Below, in pieces: positions 19,721 through 29,459 of a stretch of 64,000 nt of DNA. The notes beneath the pieces were generated by a model. It saw only the letters and a program-made list of their open reading frames with translations, did not search any database and had not been told where the DNA came from. The DNA comes from an uncultured Verrucomicrobiae bacterium (lineage in GTDB: Bacteria; Verrucomicrobiota; Verrucomicrobiia; Limisphaerales; Palsa-1400). The translations under genes and the position numbers were made by a program. The DNA lies in assembly GCA_963707025.1 (NCBI GenBank), contig CAVPOM010000010.1:32001-96000 (forward strand), written 5' to 3'. Within the stretch, counting starts at the first letter, position 1, and each line of letters opens with the position of its first letter.

Positions 19721-22636
19721 TTACTGTTGCACCCGGACGCGGTAGATGCGGCTTGGGCCGGTCGCTCCGTAGTTCGTCAGGCTAATCATTCCACCGCTGC
19801 CGCTGTTGGTCTGAACCGGAATCCAAGTGGCATCGTTCAACGTGTTCTTGTATTCCAACACGTAGTTGAATCCACTTTCGGACGGGACATTCAGCGTGAA
19901 GGTTGTTCCGGTGAGTTTGGGACTGGTGATGAGTGGCGAGGACGGGCCGCCGCTGCCAACTGTCGAAATCGGTTCGATCCAAAGGGTGTCACTGCTGCCG
20001 ATAGCCGACCAGCCGACCGCTTGGTCGTCATCCCACTGAATTTTTGTCCAAGTGAGTCCATCTGCGTTCCAGAACGTGGAGTTCAGCGTCGCATCGGAAA
20101 CGATTGTGCCGAGCTGTCCGGCAACTCTCATCGCGCCCGCCGTTCCGGCCGAAGTGGTGGGTTGCAGACGGACATTGAAGGAGGTTGCGGCTCGAACCCT
20201 TCCGCCAGCAGCGATCGGCGTGATGGACTTCACAATCCATTTCGCCGCTCCGCCGTAATGGATGTCGCTCCAAGTGTAGGCATACTGGTTGCGGTTGACC
20301 AAATCCGCGCGAACCCAAGGGTCGGCAGCAATCAGTTGAGTCGGGTTGTAGCCGCGAATCACCATGATGTGTCCGCCAGTCGAGAGTTGGGCGCTCAAAA
20401 AAACCGGACGGCCAGCATCAATCTCGGCTCGCACATCGGATTCGGACGCAGCGTTTGCGAACGTCGCGAACAACCCATGTTTCCAGAGGAATTGAACCGC
20501 ACGGTCAGCCCTCGTCTGCGGGTCGGATTGGAAATCCTGTGTCAGATAACCAAACGCTCCGTAGTTGATTGTTCCTCCAACAACATCAGGCGTTCCAACA
20601 TTGAAGGTAAAACCTCTGTAGGAATACGCGGTGCTGGACGGCGACCCGCCTTCCACCGGTGCGACATACCAACTGAAATCGTTGTTCTGGCCGGATTGCC
20701 CGATCATCGGGTGAGCCGTCAAGCGGTTGAAATAGGTCAGAATCATGGTTGCCGAGCATGGCCCACAGGCATTTGCAGAATTGAACGCAGGGTGCATGTC
20801 CGAGTTGTTGATTTGGCGGATGTATCCAATCGAACCGGGAAGCAAAACCGTTCCGCCTCCCGTGTCGTTATCGGTGATGGTGAAGGTGGATTTGGCAAGG
20901 TAGGTCGTGACCGGATCGCTGGTGTTCCGCTGCACGATGAAGCCAAACGTCTCGCTGCTTTCCACTGTCGAGTCGTCGAGAATCGTAACTGCCACCGTGC
21001 GAGTCGTCTGACCGGACGTAAAAGTGACCGACTGATTCACGATGCCAGTGTAATCGCTGTTGTTGGAATAGCCTTCGGCCTGCGTTGTGCTCGCGTAAAT
21101 CGTTTCTGCCGGAGTGCCACCTGAGCGCGTGATGGTGAACGTGAGTGTCCCCGCAGCTTCACCCACCGTCGCCGGGTTGGGCGTGATTGCGTAGGTTGTC
21201 GGCTGCACGTCATTGTCGGTGATCGTAAAGGTAGATTTAGCAAGATAGGTCGTGACCGGATCGCTGGTGTTCCGCTGGACGATGAATCCAAAGGTTTCGC
21301 TGCCTTCCTGTGTTGAGTCGTCGAGAATCGTAACCGCCACTGTGCGGGTCGTCTGACCGGACGTAAAAGTCACCGACTGATTCGCAATGCCGGTGTAGTC
21401 GCCGCTATTTGAATACCCTTCCGTTTGCGTTGTGCTGGCGTAAATTGTTTCCGCCGGTGTTCCGCCTGAGCGGGTGATTGTGAACGTCAGCGTGCCCGCG
21501 CTTTCGTCCACAGTCGCTGGATTCGGAGTGATGGAGTAAGTGGTGGGCAGCACGTCGTCGTCTGTGATGGTGAATGTGGACTTGGCAAGGTAAGTCGTAA
21601 CTGGGTCGCTGGTGTTGCGTTGCACTATGAAGCCAAATGTCTCGCTGCTTTCCACGGTCGAGTCGTTCAGAATCGTTACGGACACCGTGCGCGTCGTCTG
21701 GCCGGAAGTAAAAGTCACCGACTGATTCGCGATGCCGGTGTAGTCGCTGCTGTTTGCATAACCCTCGGTTGTCGTCGTGCTGGCGTAAATTGTTTCCGCT
21801 GGCGTCCCGCCTGAGCGGGTGATTGTGAACGTCAACGTTCCCGCGCTCTCTCCCACCGTTGCCGGGTTGGGCGTGATGGCGTAAGTCGTGGGAAGCACAT
21901 CGTCGTCAGTGATGGTGAACGTGGACTTGGCAAGGTAAGTCGTGACGGGATCGCTGGTGTTTCGCTGCACGATGAACCCGAACGTCTCGCTGTTCTCCAC
22001 GGTCGAGTCGTTGAGGATCGTCACCGACACCGTGCGGGTCGTCTGGCCGGAGGTAAAAGTCACGGACTGATTGGCAATACCAGTGTAGTCACTGCTATTG
22101 GAATACCCCTCGGTCTGCGTCGTGCTGGCGTAAATCGTTTCCGCCGGAGTGCCGCCCGAACGCGTGATGGTAAACGTGAGCGACCCCGCACTCTCGCCGA
22201 CGGTCGCTGGATTCGGCGTGATTGAATACGTCGTCGGAAGAGTGTCGTTGTCCGTGATGGTGAACGTGGACTTGGCCAAGTAGGTGGTGACGGGATCGCT
22301 GGTGTTTCGCTGCACGATGAACCCGAACGTCTCGCTGTTCTCCACGGTCGAGTCGTTGAGGATCGTCACCGACACCGTGCGGGTCGTCGCGCCAGAGGTG
22401 AAGCTCACCGACTGGTTGAGGATGCCCGTGTAGTCGCTGCTGTTGGAATACCCTTCGGTCTGCGTGGTGCTGGCATAGATGGTTTCCGCTGGCAACGAAC
22501 CGGAACGCGTAATCGTAAAGGTGAGCGTCCCCGCGCCTTCGCTAACTGTTGCCGGATTAGGCGATATGGAATACGTGGTCTGCGCCAACGCGGAATGCGC
22601 AAAGATACAGATGAGCATTGTGATGATATGTTTCAT
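19721..22636 (-). CDS. Secreted protein: 5 Calx-beta-like repeats + C39-like cysteine peptidase + SH3-like + C-terminal Ig-like domain
   Basis: Signal peptide MKHIITMLICIFAHSALA. Repeats with DSTVE.SETF. Putative triad: ACGPCSATM (Cys), GGHIMVIRGY (His), ADPW (Asp). Tail YVLEYKNTL....W...RIYRV. Alternative start at 22669. Confidence 0.8.
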   Translation of the reverse strand: MKHIITMLICIFAHSALAQTTYSISPNPATVSEGAGTLTFTITRSGSLPAETIYASTTQTEGYSNSSDYTGILNQSVSFTSGATTRTVSVTILNDSTVENSETFGFIVQRNTSDPVTTYLAKSTFTITDNDTLPTTYSITPNPATVGESAGSLTFTITRSGGTPAETIYASTTQTEGYSNSSDYTGIANQSVTFTSGQTTRTVSVTILNDSTVENSETFGFIVQRNTSDPVTTYLAKSTFTITDDDVLPTTYAITPNPATVGESAGTLTFTITRSGGTPAETIYASTTTTEGYANSSDYTGIANQSVTFTSGQTTRTVSVTILNDSTVESSETFGFIVQRNTSDPVTTYLAKSTFTITDDDVLPTTYSITPNPATVDESAGTLTFTITRSGGTPAETIYASTTQTEGYSNSGDYTGIANQSVTFTSGQTTRTVAVTILDDSTQEGSETFGFIVQRNTSDPVTTYLAKSTFTITDNDVQPTTYAITPNPATVGEAAGTLTFTITRSGGTPAETIYASTTQAEGYSNNSDYTGIVNQSVTFTSGQTTRTVAVTILDDSTVESSETFGFIVQRNTSDPVTTYLAKSTFTITDNDTGGGTVLLPGSIGYIRQINNSDMHPAFNSANACGPCSATMILTYFNRLTAHPMIGQSGQNNDFSWYVAPVEGGSPSSTAYSYRGFTFNVGTPDVVGGTINYGAFGYLTQDFQSDPQTRADRAVQFLWKHGLFATFANAASESDVRAEIDAGRPVFLSAQLSTGGHIMVIRGYNPTQLIAADPWVRADLVNRNQYAYTWSDIHYGGAAKWIVKSITPIAAGGRVRAATSFNVRLQPTTSAGTAGAMRVAGQLGTIVSDATLNSTFWNADGLTWTKIQWDDDQAVGWSAIGSSDTLWIEPISTVGSGGPSSPLITSPKLTGTTFTLNVPSESGFNYVLEYKNTLNDATWIPVQTNSGSGGMISLTNYGATGPSRIYRVRVQQ
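20864..22579 (-). repeat. Five tandem 345-bp (115-aa) intragenic repeats
   Basis: TTY.I.PNPATV...LAKSTFTITD unit recurs with a 345-nt period; differences are mostly at synonymous positions. Confidence 0.95.
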
Positions 22637-22673
22637 AACTTTGAGTTTAGGCTGTTTGTTTGTGGGCATGGTT

Positions 22674-22790
22674 TTAACTGTGCGGCGATGAAAGCGCTTC
22701 GTCTCCGAGATTCACCGTCGCGCCTGGCTCGCTCGACGTAAACATCAGTCTCTGCGGGTCAGTTGTCGGTTCATCTGGTATCGCATTCAT
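22674..22790 (-). CDS. 38-aa leader ORF, apparent paralogue of 28876-29067
   Basis: MNAIPDEPTTDPQRLMFTSSEPGATV versus MNATATDKPTAELIRVTPMLSEASSAM; same position behind a homologous promoter. Confidence 0.4.
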   Translation of the reverse strand: MNAIPDEPTTDPQRLMFTSSEPGATVNLGDEALSSPHS

Positions 22791-22807
22791 CACTGCGATA
22801 GCCCTTA

Positions 22808-22823
22808 ATCACGTGTTGTGCCA
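22808..22823 (-). promoter_or_regulatory. sigma54-like promoter with variant -12 (TGAT)
   Basis: TGGCACAACACGTGAT followed by TAAGG; near-identical to 29085-29100. Confidence 0.6.
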
Positions 22824-22941
22824 ACACGCTTTTGAATGGGGACGGAAGCGCCACAAGACCCAGATTTGATTGGCAGGACGGCACATTCTGATGATTTCTT
22901 TTTTGCGCAGTGGTTTATGTGACAGGGTCTCAACACCGTGA

Positions 22942-22978
22942 CGTAATTCGTGGGTTACGAATTCCAATTACGCCGTAA
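22942..22978. promoter_or_regulatory. Enhancer-like palindrome CGTAA-N8-TTACG plus TTACGCCGTAA
   Basis: CGTAAttcgtgggTTACG, about 120 bp upstream of the sigma54-like site. Confidence 0.65.
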
Positions 22979-23118
22979 ACGAATGGTTCCTGTTCACGGC
23001 ATGACACGAAACGCATAAGCCGACACCGCCCCGTAAAGTCCGAAGAAGAATGGCCGATTGCGCTCGCGACACAGCCGGCCATTCTCTTACGGGAATTTGG
23101 AATTGAATTAAGTAATGG

Positions 23119-24874
23119 CTAGTTGGAGACAACTGCCGCGGTGCCGGCAGTTCTGCGATTAAGCTCAGCGATGGCATCCTCAAGGGCGGTCTGGAATTGC
23201 TCCACAACATCTTTGGGCACGAACGCCGTCGGCTGATCTTTGGCAGTAGTCAGCTTGGCGACGACCGGGCCAAATCCGTCGCGCGATGCTGTCTCCTCAA
23301 CCTTGGCCTCGACACGAGCGGCCAGCCGTTGGTCCAAGCGCAAGATTTCCACGGCATGTTCGTAGCCTTTTGCGAATGTCCGTCCGGCAAAGCGGTATTC
23401 CTGGCTGCCTGATCGTGAAACAATTTCCAGCGACAAAGCACACGCCATCAAGCGAGCGGGACGCCCGTTATCTTCGGCGAGTTCGGGGTAATAATTGAGC
23501 AAGTCATCGTCATTCTCGCAGGCTGTGATGAGCAACGACTGGTGCTCACGCGGTAGCGAGCGAAAGGCATCAACACACCCCTTGGCTTCGGGAATTTCCG
23601 CAAGCACGCAGTTTACTTCCTGGGAGAGCATGAGGAATTCCTCTTCAATGTGCTCCAGCCCGATGATGCTCACGGCGTCCGACATGCGGTCCCTGAGCGC
23701 GCGGCAAATACCTGAGTTCGGCCCGTCGGCGGAGAGGACGAATAGCTTTCTGTGACGGTCGCGGCCTGGAATCGGCACGCTCGGTGGCCACTCGGCAGCT
23801 TCTTTGCACAGGCGGTCCGCAAAGAATTTCATCTCGCCATTCAGACTGCCTACGAACTGTTGAACGGTCGTCGGCCAAGGTTGATCGTGATTGAAGATGG
23901 TCTCGACGGACTCTTGGATTGCGTCTTCAGCGCTCTTGCCCTGCGCCGTGGCCGTCAAAACGGTTTCGCGGATTTGGGGCAACTGTTGCTCGACCCTGTG
24001 TATGGCTGCGGCTTCCACAACGTCGGCTGGTGGCAGCGGAATGCCAAGCCAATATGGCGGTTCGTTGCCAGCCAACTTGTCGCTTTCATCGAGCACAAGT
24101 GGAAGCGCGTCCCCGTGACTACTGCCGAGAGTGGTAACGGCTTCGGCAAAATCGTGCGTTCCTTTGAGAACTGCCTGCGACTGGACTTCTTCCGTCGCCG
24201 CTTCGTTGAGCTTCGCCAATGCCTCAAGCGCATTGCGCGCCGCGCCGCGCGATAACCCCGGAATGAAGTAGGCCAGCCAACGTTTTGTCGTGGCCGTGAA
24301 ACGCGAGCGTTGGATTTGATATTCCTCGCGGCGCTGTTTGATCGTGGCGCGTTGCTGCTCCAACAAGGTGGAAAGCGCAGCCTCGTTGGCACGCAACGTC
24401 TGTTCGATTACACCGAGGTCTTCTTGGATGCTCGATAGACTCATCCCGTCTTTGACGGCGGCTGTCGTGACGGTCTGGAGTATTGTGCGCTGTCCTGCGA
24501 CAAACGCGGCCACTTCCTGCTGACATCGAGCCGCGTATTCGCGGATCATTTTGTCGGTGTCGCGCTCCGTCTGCACAATCTGAGCTTCGAGTTGCGCGGG
24601 AGTCAAACGTAGTGCAAGGGCAACTGCGCCGACCAGACCGATTCCAGCGCCGATGGCGAGCAGGTCGCTACGTGTGAGCACGACGGCAACCGCAAACGCC
24701 AAGCCGAGCAGCCCGAGGCAGCATGGCCCAAGGCAGATGACGCCAGCGGTCGCGGCGCGGCAACAATTGGATTGCGCGATTGATGGGTTGGCGCAGGTTC
24801 GTGGCTGAGTTCGGGGGAAGCACCGCGCGGAACGTGTCCACGCTAGTCCGAATTGATGTGAGGTTTAGGTTCAT
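23119..24874 (-). CDS. Membrane-anchored coiled-coil partner of the tubulin-like protein (frameshift near 24720)
   Basis: ORF 24668-24874 joins 23119-24702 by a single frame change. Two hydrophobic helices, then coiled coil. Confidence 0.65.
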
Positions 24875-24913
24875 AATGTTGTAATTTTTGATTTTTTGAG
24901 TGTTGAGGATGGA

Positions 24914-26026
24914 TTAAAGATTACGGTTCAAATGGGCCGTGGCAGCGGCCTTGGCGATTTGAAGATTGCGTTCGCGCGGAACGAAGCACCGGACGAATCC
25001 GCGGCGTGTGAATACAGGCAGTCCATGCCGTCTATTGCTTTGTCCCGGCTTGCTGTCCGCGAAGTGTTGCTCGGTTTCTGCAAGCAGCGGCGTGGCAATG
25101 AAGGCCATTCCGAGCAGGGCGAGGCGGGCTGCGAGTTCGCTGCGGTTGCTCGCGGCCATGAACTCCGTCGTGACTCCGACAACCGAGATGCTGTCGTAGA
25201 TCGGCGCGCCGCCGAAGCGGAACGTCTGCCCGTCGAATGAATGAGCAACGACCCGGTCCGGGAATTCGACTGCCATTGCGGCCTCAATCAGGAGCTTGCC
25301 GGCATTCTCACGCGCGGCCTGCGGATTCACGGAAGATCCGGCTGATGGCAACAGCATGATTAGATGGTTGACGACGCTGATCCCGCGCTGCGCGGCTTCA
25401 TACTTCGTCATCATCGCGTCAACGACTTCCGCGCCGCTCCCGGTTGAGCCCGCCCCGTTCACGAACCGGACCATGACAACCTGGCGAGTGGGCTTCACCC
25501 TGAAACCGGCGTTTTCGCAAGCCGCGACACGGTTCGCGTCGCGAGTGCAAAGGATCGAAGACACGATTGACTCACGCGCCTTTTGGAGATTGGCCAGATA
25601 GAGCGCCTCTCCAAAGGCGGGCTTCTGACAGCAGCCGTCCGCGAGCGTTTCCATTGGCGGCAAATGTTTCAGTTTCTCCGCCAAGGCCCGTGTGCCTTTG
25701 GCGCGCTCGGCCTGTGCCCGAAGCGCAGGAACGCTCGCATCACGGTAGGTCTGGACGATGCCGGGCGGCGCGGGACGTGGCGGCGAACCTGGGATCGCCA
25801 CAGTCAAGTCCTTGGTTGCTTGGGCGGAATCAATTGCTCGCAATGCGATGGGCAGGTGTGGAGCGATCTCTCCATAAGCTTCGTCCAGGCAAGCGTTGAT
25901 GTGGAGGATGACTTGGCAAGGAAACGAGCCAATGCCGGAGAAGGCTACAGGCGTGATCTGTTTCGTTCGGCGCAGCGTGTCCAGCACACCGCCGGAGATG
26001 TTTTTGTTAGCAGAGGTATTGTTCAT
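24914..26026 (-). CDS. Tubulin/FtsZ-like GTPase domain protein (Tubulin_2-type), divergent
   Basis: FSGIGSFPCQVI (GxG loop), LRAIDS, GCCQKPAFGE, GAGSTGSG (variant of the GGGTGSG signature), ARENA. Confidence 0.7.
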   Translation of the reverse strand: MNNTSANKNISGGVLDTLRRTKQITPVAFSGIGSFPCQVILHINACLDEAYGEIAPHLPIALRAIDSAQATKDLTVAIPGSPPRPAPPGIVQTYRDASVPALRAQAERAKGTRALAEKLKHLPPMETLADGCCQKPAFGEALYLANLQKARESIVSSILCTRDANRVAACENAGFRVKPTRQVVMVRFVNGAGSTGSGAEVVDAMMTKYEAAQRGISVVNHLIMLLPSAGSSVNPQAARENAGKLLIEAAMAVEFPDRVVAHSFDGQTFRFGGAPIYDSISVVGVTTEFMAASNRSELAARLALLGMAFIATPLLAETEQHFADSKPGQSNRRHGLPVFTRRGFVRCFVPRERNLQIAKAAATAHLNRNL

Positions 26027-26047
26027 ACGGATTATTTGGTTGTGGGT

Positions 26048-28333
26048 TTATTGTTCGGTGGTTAATGCTTCGGACGCGATTGCGAGTTCGACTGGATCGC
26101 AACTAAGAAGGGTTAGTGTTTTGGTTGAGCCATCTTCGGCCACAAGAGAAATCCGGTCGCCGGGATGCAGCCGCCGCGTGCGGAGAACCGGCGTGTCGTT
26201 GACGGCGACCGATCCAGTTGTCCCCGGTCGCAGCACAAGTCCACGCCAACTGATGGCGATGCGTGGCGACGGGTCGGCGGTGCTTGCATGGTCGCGCACA
26301 AGAGACGATCCCAACAGCAGAACATCTTCCAAGGCGGTCAGTTCTTCCGTTCTCGCCTCCCCTGTCTCCGTTGCGAATGAAAGCGTGTAGGGACGCCCGC
26401 GCAACACTGCGAGCCAAGCAAAGCCAGTCAAGACCAGCACTACGACAGCGCAACCACCAACCAAGGTGAATGCCAACGGCAGGCGCGATTTACTGACAGA
26501 GCGCGGCGGGATCGTCGGACGACTTGCCACATCTGTCGAAGCAAGAGCTTTTGTGTTGGTTTCCGCCACGGCTAAGGCAGGCGCGGTGTGTGCAAGATTC
26601 GTTTTTGAGACCACTTCGGGCGTAAGTGGGCGACTCGAACTTGCAACCGGAGGAGTAGTAACCGGCTGACGCACGTTTTGAGTGGCCACAGACAACGGCA
26701 TTTCAGTTCTGCGTGTGGAATCTGGACTCGTTGCACTCACTGCATTTGTTGCGGGCGATGAGGCCACAACAACGACGGTTACGTTCGTAACTGGGGCTGG
26801 GACTGGTCGGGTAGCTGCGGTTTGTGTGCGACGCAGCTCTTCCATCCGTTGCCGCAATTCTTGCGTGTCTTGTTTCAACTGCGCGAGAGCCTGGCCGTCA
26901 GTGTTTTGTTTGGCCTTTCCATCAGGCAGGACTGTCTCTCCAGTCGGCAATTGCACGCTGCCGTCTGAATTTAGGTGGCAAAGCGCAACATTTTCGCTGG
27001 TTACAATCCCGGAGCGCACCAGGGCGAATGGAAAGGCTGAAAGCTGACGAAGCTCGATCAAGACGACGCTGCCTTCTGAAAATCCTTCACGGATGCGGCT
27101 GCGATAGTCCTGGCGCTTCACAAGATAAATGTTCAATGCCGCTGTCTGGGCATTGGTCGCGCCACAAAGCTTGTGAAGGGTCGTGATGTGCTCTTGGGCG
27201 TCGCGGACTTGCTGGAGCACTGAAGCATAATTCGCGGACAGTTTGCGCTGCTCATCACTGCGCACATAGGCGAAAGGCGATGATTTCAACGAGCTGATGC
27301 GATCGGCGTGGCCTTCGAGGGAAACATCTGCGCGGTCCAATTGGAAACTGGCGAGCGCGAGTTCCTCGGCCGCTTCACGGATGAGTCCGCCACCGAGAAG
27401 TCGCTCTGCCGAATCGGAATCACGACTTGCGTCAGTCAGCCAGTTACGCGCGAGACTCTGTTCGCCGGCAAGACGGTCGCGTGTGTAGAAAACACCTGTC
27501 GGCGCGGCGGCGGCAGTTGCGGCTGAAAGGCAGAGAATAGTCGGCCATACCAAGCAGCAGACTGGCGGGCGACAAACGAACGCCCGTTTGATGAGGCCGA
27601 TCAAACATGCGATGAGGACAAGGCTGGCCAAAAGCGCCGCAATGAAGGCGACGATCTGAGGATCAGGCCGCGATGCGAGAATCGCCTGTAATTTGCTTTG
27701 GAGGGTTTGCACGGCTGCCGTGGAAGGTGCCTGCGCGCCAATGGCGGCGACGCTCGCATTCGTCGTGGTTGCATAGAGACGTTCAACGTATGGAGTCAGC
27801 AAGGGATGGAGTAGCCAGGCGGACACCGTGCTGAAAAACAGCAGTCCCGCCAACACGAGTCCTGATTTGAATGCTCTTCCAAAGAATATGGCCAGCAGCA
27901 ATGCGGCAACCAACGCGGCAGCTACGACCAGCACAGTTCGGTTGCGCATGTATTTGCTCAGATTGTAATGAAGTGCGCTTTGGACCGGTATGAATGCTCC
28001 GGACGCGAGCGGCAACGCATTCGCTTCCACGGTGGCGGTGCGGAGATCAACGACTCCGGTGCTGCGAATCCGCGCGATGCCCTGGCGCATTTGCGGTTCG
28101 GTCGAACGATCAACACTGAATTCCGCAATCAATTGGCCATCCTTCATGTCCACATGCCGCACTTCGCCGACGCGCTGGCCGTCCACCGTCACCGGTGAAT
28201 TCTTTGCGATGCCCTCGTCTGGATTAACGACCGTGTTGTAGCGTTTGTTGCAGCCGGACAGAACGCACACAGATAGAGCGAGCGCGATTGTTCCGGCGAA
28301 CCGTGTTAGCGGGGTGAGTGTAATGAGTTTCAT
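26048..28333 (-). CDS. Lipoprotein/membrane protein: MCE(MlaD)-like domain, TM helices, coiled coil, Pro/Thr linker, TM, C-terminal FHA-like domain
   Basis: Lipobox LSGC. GIAKNSPVTVDGQRVGEV is MCE-like. GSVAVNDTPV....LHPGDRISL is FHA-like. Confidence 0.65.
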   Translation of the reverse strand: MKLITLTPLTRFAGTIALALSVCVLSGCNKRYNTVVNPDEGIAKNSPVTVDGQRVGEVRHVDMKDGQLIAEFSVDRSTEPQMRQGIARIRSTGVVDLRTATVEANALPLASGAFIPVQSALHYNLSKYMRNRTVLVVAAALVAALLLAIFFGRAFKSGLVLAGLLFFSTVSAWLLHPLLTPYVERLYATTTNASVAAIGAQAPSTAAVQTLQSKLQAILASRPDPQIVAFIAALLASLVLIACLIGLIKRAFVCRPPVCCLVWPTILCLSAATAAAAPTGVFYTRDRLAGEQSLARNWLTDASRDSDSAERLLGGGLIREAAEELALASFQLDRADVSLEGHADRISSLKSSPFAYVRSDEQRKLSANYASVLQQVRDAQEHITTLHKLCGATNAQTAALNIYLVKRQDYRSRIREGFSEGSVVLIELRQLSAFPFALVRSGIVTSENVALCHLNSDGSVQLPTGETVLPDGKAKQNTDGQALAQLKQDTQELRQRMEELRRTQTAATRPVPAPVTNVTVVVVASSPATNAVSATSPDSTRRTEMPLSVATQNVRQPVTTPPVASSSRPLTPEVVSKTNLAHTAPALAVAETNTKALASTDVASRPTIPPRSVSKSRLPLAFTLVGGCAVVVLVLTGFAWLAVLRGRPYTLSFATETGEARTEELTALEDVLLLGSSLVRDHASTADPSPRIAISWRGLVLRPGTTGSVAVNDTPVLRTRRLHPGDRISLVAEDGSTKTLTLLSCDPVELAIASEALTTEQ

Positions 28334-28372
28334 AATGTGTGTTTGCGTTTGGGTTTAAGGATGTGAGCGGTT

Positions 28373-28879
28373 TTAGTTGCGAATCGGATCGGCAAGAGGC
28401 TGTTTCGCGAAGATGTGCTCAGCGAGGAGCTCATTGCGGTGCGCTCTCATTTTTTCGAGAGCTATCTCCTTGAGCGCGTCTTTCACTTGCCCGTCGGCGG
28501 CCAGGGCCTCGTTCACCGCAAATTCCAACAGTGGCTTCGGCACAGGGCCGCGCATCAGAAAGTAGTGCGCGATGTAGTGGATATGCCCGTCTGTGGAATT
28601 GACGTGAAAGTGTCCCGTTCCGGCGAGTTTTTGGGTGAGGATCGCGGCAAGTTGCAGCGTCTGATTCCTCGAACCGATTGGGTGGCCTTCCAAGCCGTAG
28701 ATGCGGAGGTATCCCGGCAGACGATGTGCGACCAACAGAACTGCCCCAAGCGGCGTGTAGATGACGAACTCCACGTGCGGACACTCGTCATTGCCATCCA
28801 CGATCTTGGCTTCGTGGAAGTCGTGCCGGGTTTTCAACATCTGGATGATGCCGTTTGAATCTGTGTGGGCGAGGTTCAT
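28373..28879 (-). CDS. Hypothetical protein, possibly YbjN/type III chaperone-like fold
   Basis: 168 aa alpha/beta pattern with GHFHVNSTDGHIHY; ATGA overlap with the upstream ORF. Confidence 0.55.
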   Translation of the reverse strand: MNLAHTDSNGIIQMLKTRHDFHEAKIVDGNDECPHVEFVIYTPLGAVLLVAHRLPGYLRIYGLEGHPIGSRNQTLQLAAILTQKLAGTGHFHVNSTDGHIHYIAHYFLMRGPVPKPLLEFAVNEALAADGQVKDALKEIALEKMRAHRNELLAEHIFAKQPLADPIRN

Positions 28880-29067
28880 GGCTGTGGTTTCGTTCTGGTT
28901 GTTATGCTCGGGATGAAATGCTCCGCGACCCATTCGCTTACTGCGATGCGCGCCCTGGCGACTACTTCCAAGCGCTCTGCGGGTTGCATGGCTGAACTCG
29001 CTTCGCTCAACATCGGCGTGACTCTTATCAGTTCAGCGGTCGGTTTATCTGTTGCTGTCGCATTCAT
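28876..29067 (-). CDS. Small hypothetical protein (63 aa), first gene of the tubulin operon
   Basis: Directly behind a sigma54-like promoter; translationally coupled to the next gene. Confidence 0.55.
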   Translation of the reverse strand: MNATATDKPTAELIRVTPMLSEASSAMQPAERLEVVARARIAVSEWVAEHFIPSITTRTKPQP

Positions 29068-29084
29068 CGTTGCGACAGTCCTTA

Positions 29085-29100
29085 ATCATGGATTGTGCCA
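29085..29100 (-). promoter_or_regulatory. sigma54-like promoter with variant -12 (TGAT)
   Basis: TGGCACAATCCATGAT followed by TAAGG. Confidence 0.6.
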
Positions 29101-29220
29101 ACGGCATTTGAACAGAGGGTAGGAGGACTCACAAAATGCAGATGCGCTAGGCAGGCAGCGTGTTTCTGCGGTTTTCCTTATTCGCAAGGCGGTTTGTCTG
29201 ACGACGCCTCAATGCCTGGA

Positions 29221-29256
29221 CGTAATTTGGGAGTTACGACATTCAATTACGCCGTA
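29221..29256. promoter_or_regulatory. Enhancer-like palindrome CGTAA-N8-TTACG
   Basis: CGTAAtttgggagTTACG then TTACGCCGTA, about 120 bp from the promoter; same layout as 22942. Confidence 0.65.
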
Positions 29257-29459
29257 GGCGTCGGGTTTCTGTTTCGGGCGTGATGCAGAAATCTACGCGC
29301 CGAACAAAGGGAGCAGGAGCGGGGTGCAGAGTGCCGAATATCGGAACGAAAAGCGAACGGCTCAGAAGTGAACCTCTCCCAAGACGGTTAGGGTGATGAC
29401 GAATTGTCTTAGCGGGCTACCATTTTCCCGTCAGCAACCTGCGTGCTTCCAACATCCGG

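Noticed and set aside
19727..21124. 465-aa plus-strand ORF
   Set aside because: Antisense to the Calx-beta/peptidase gene.
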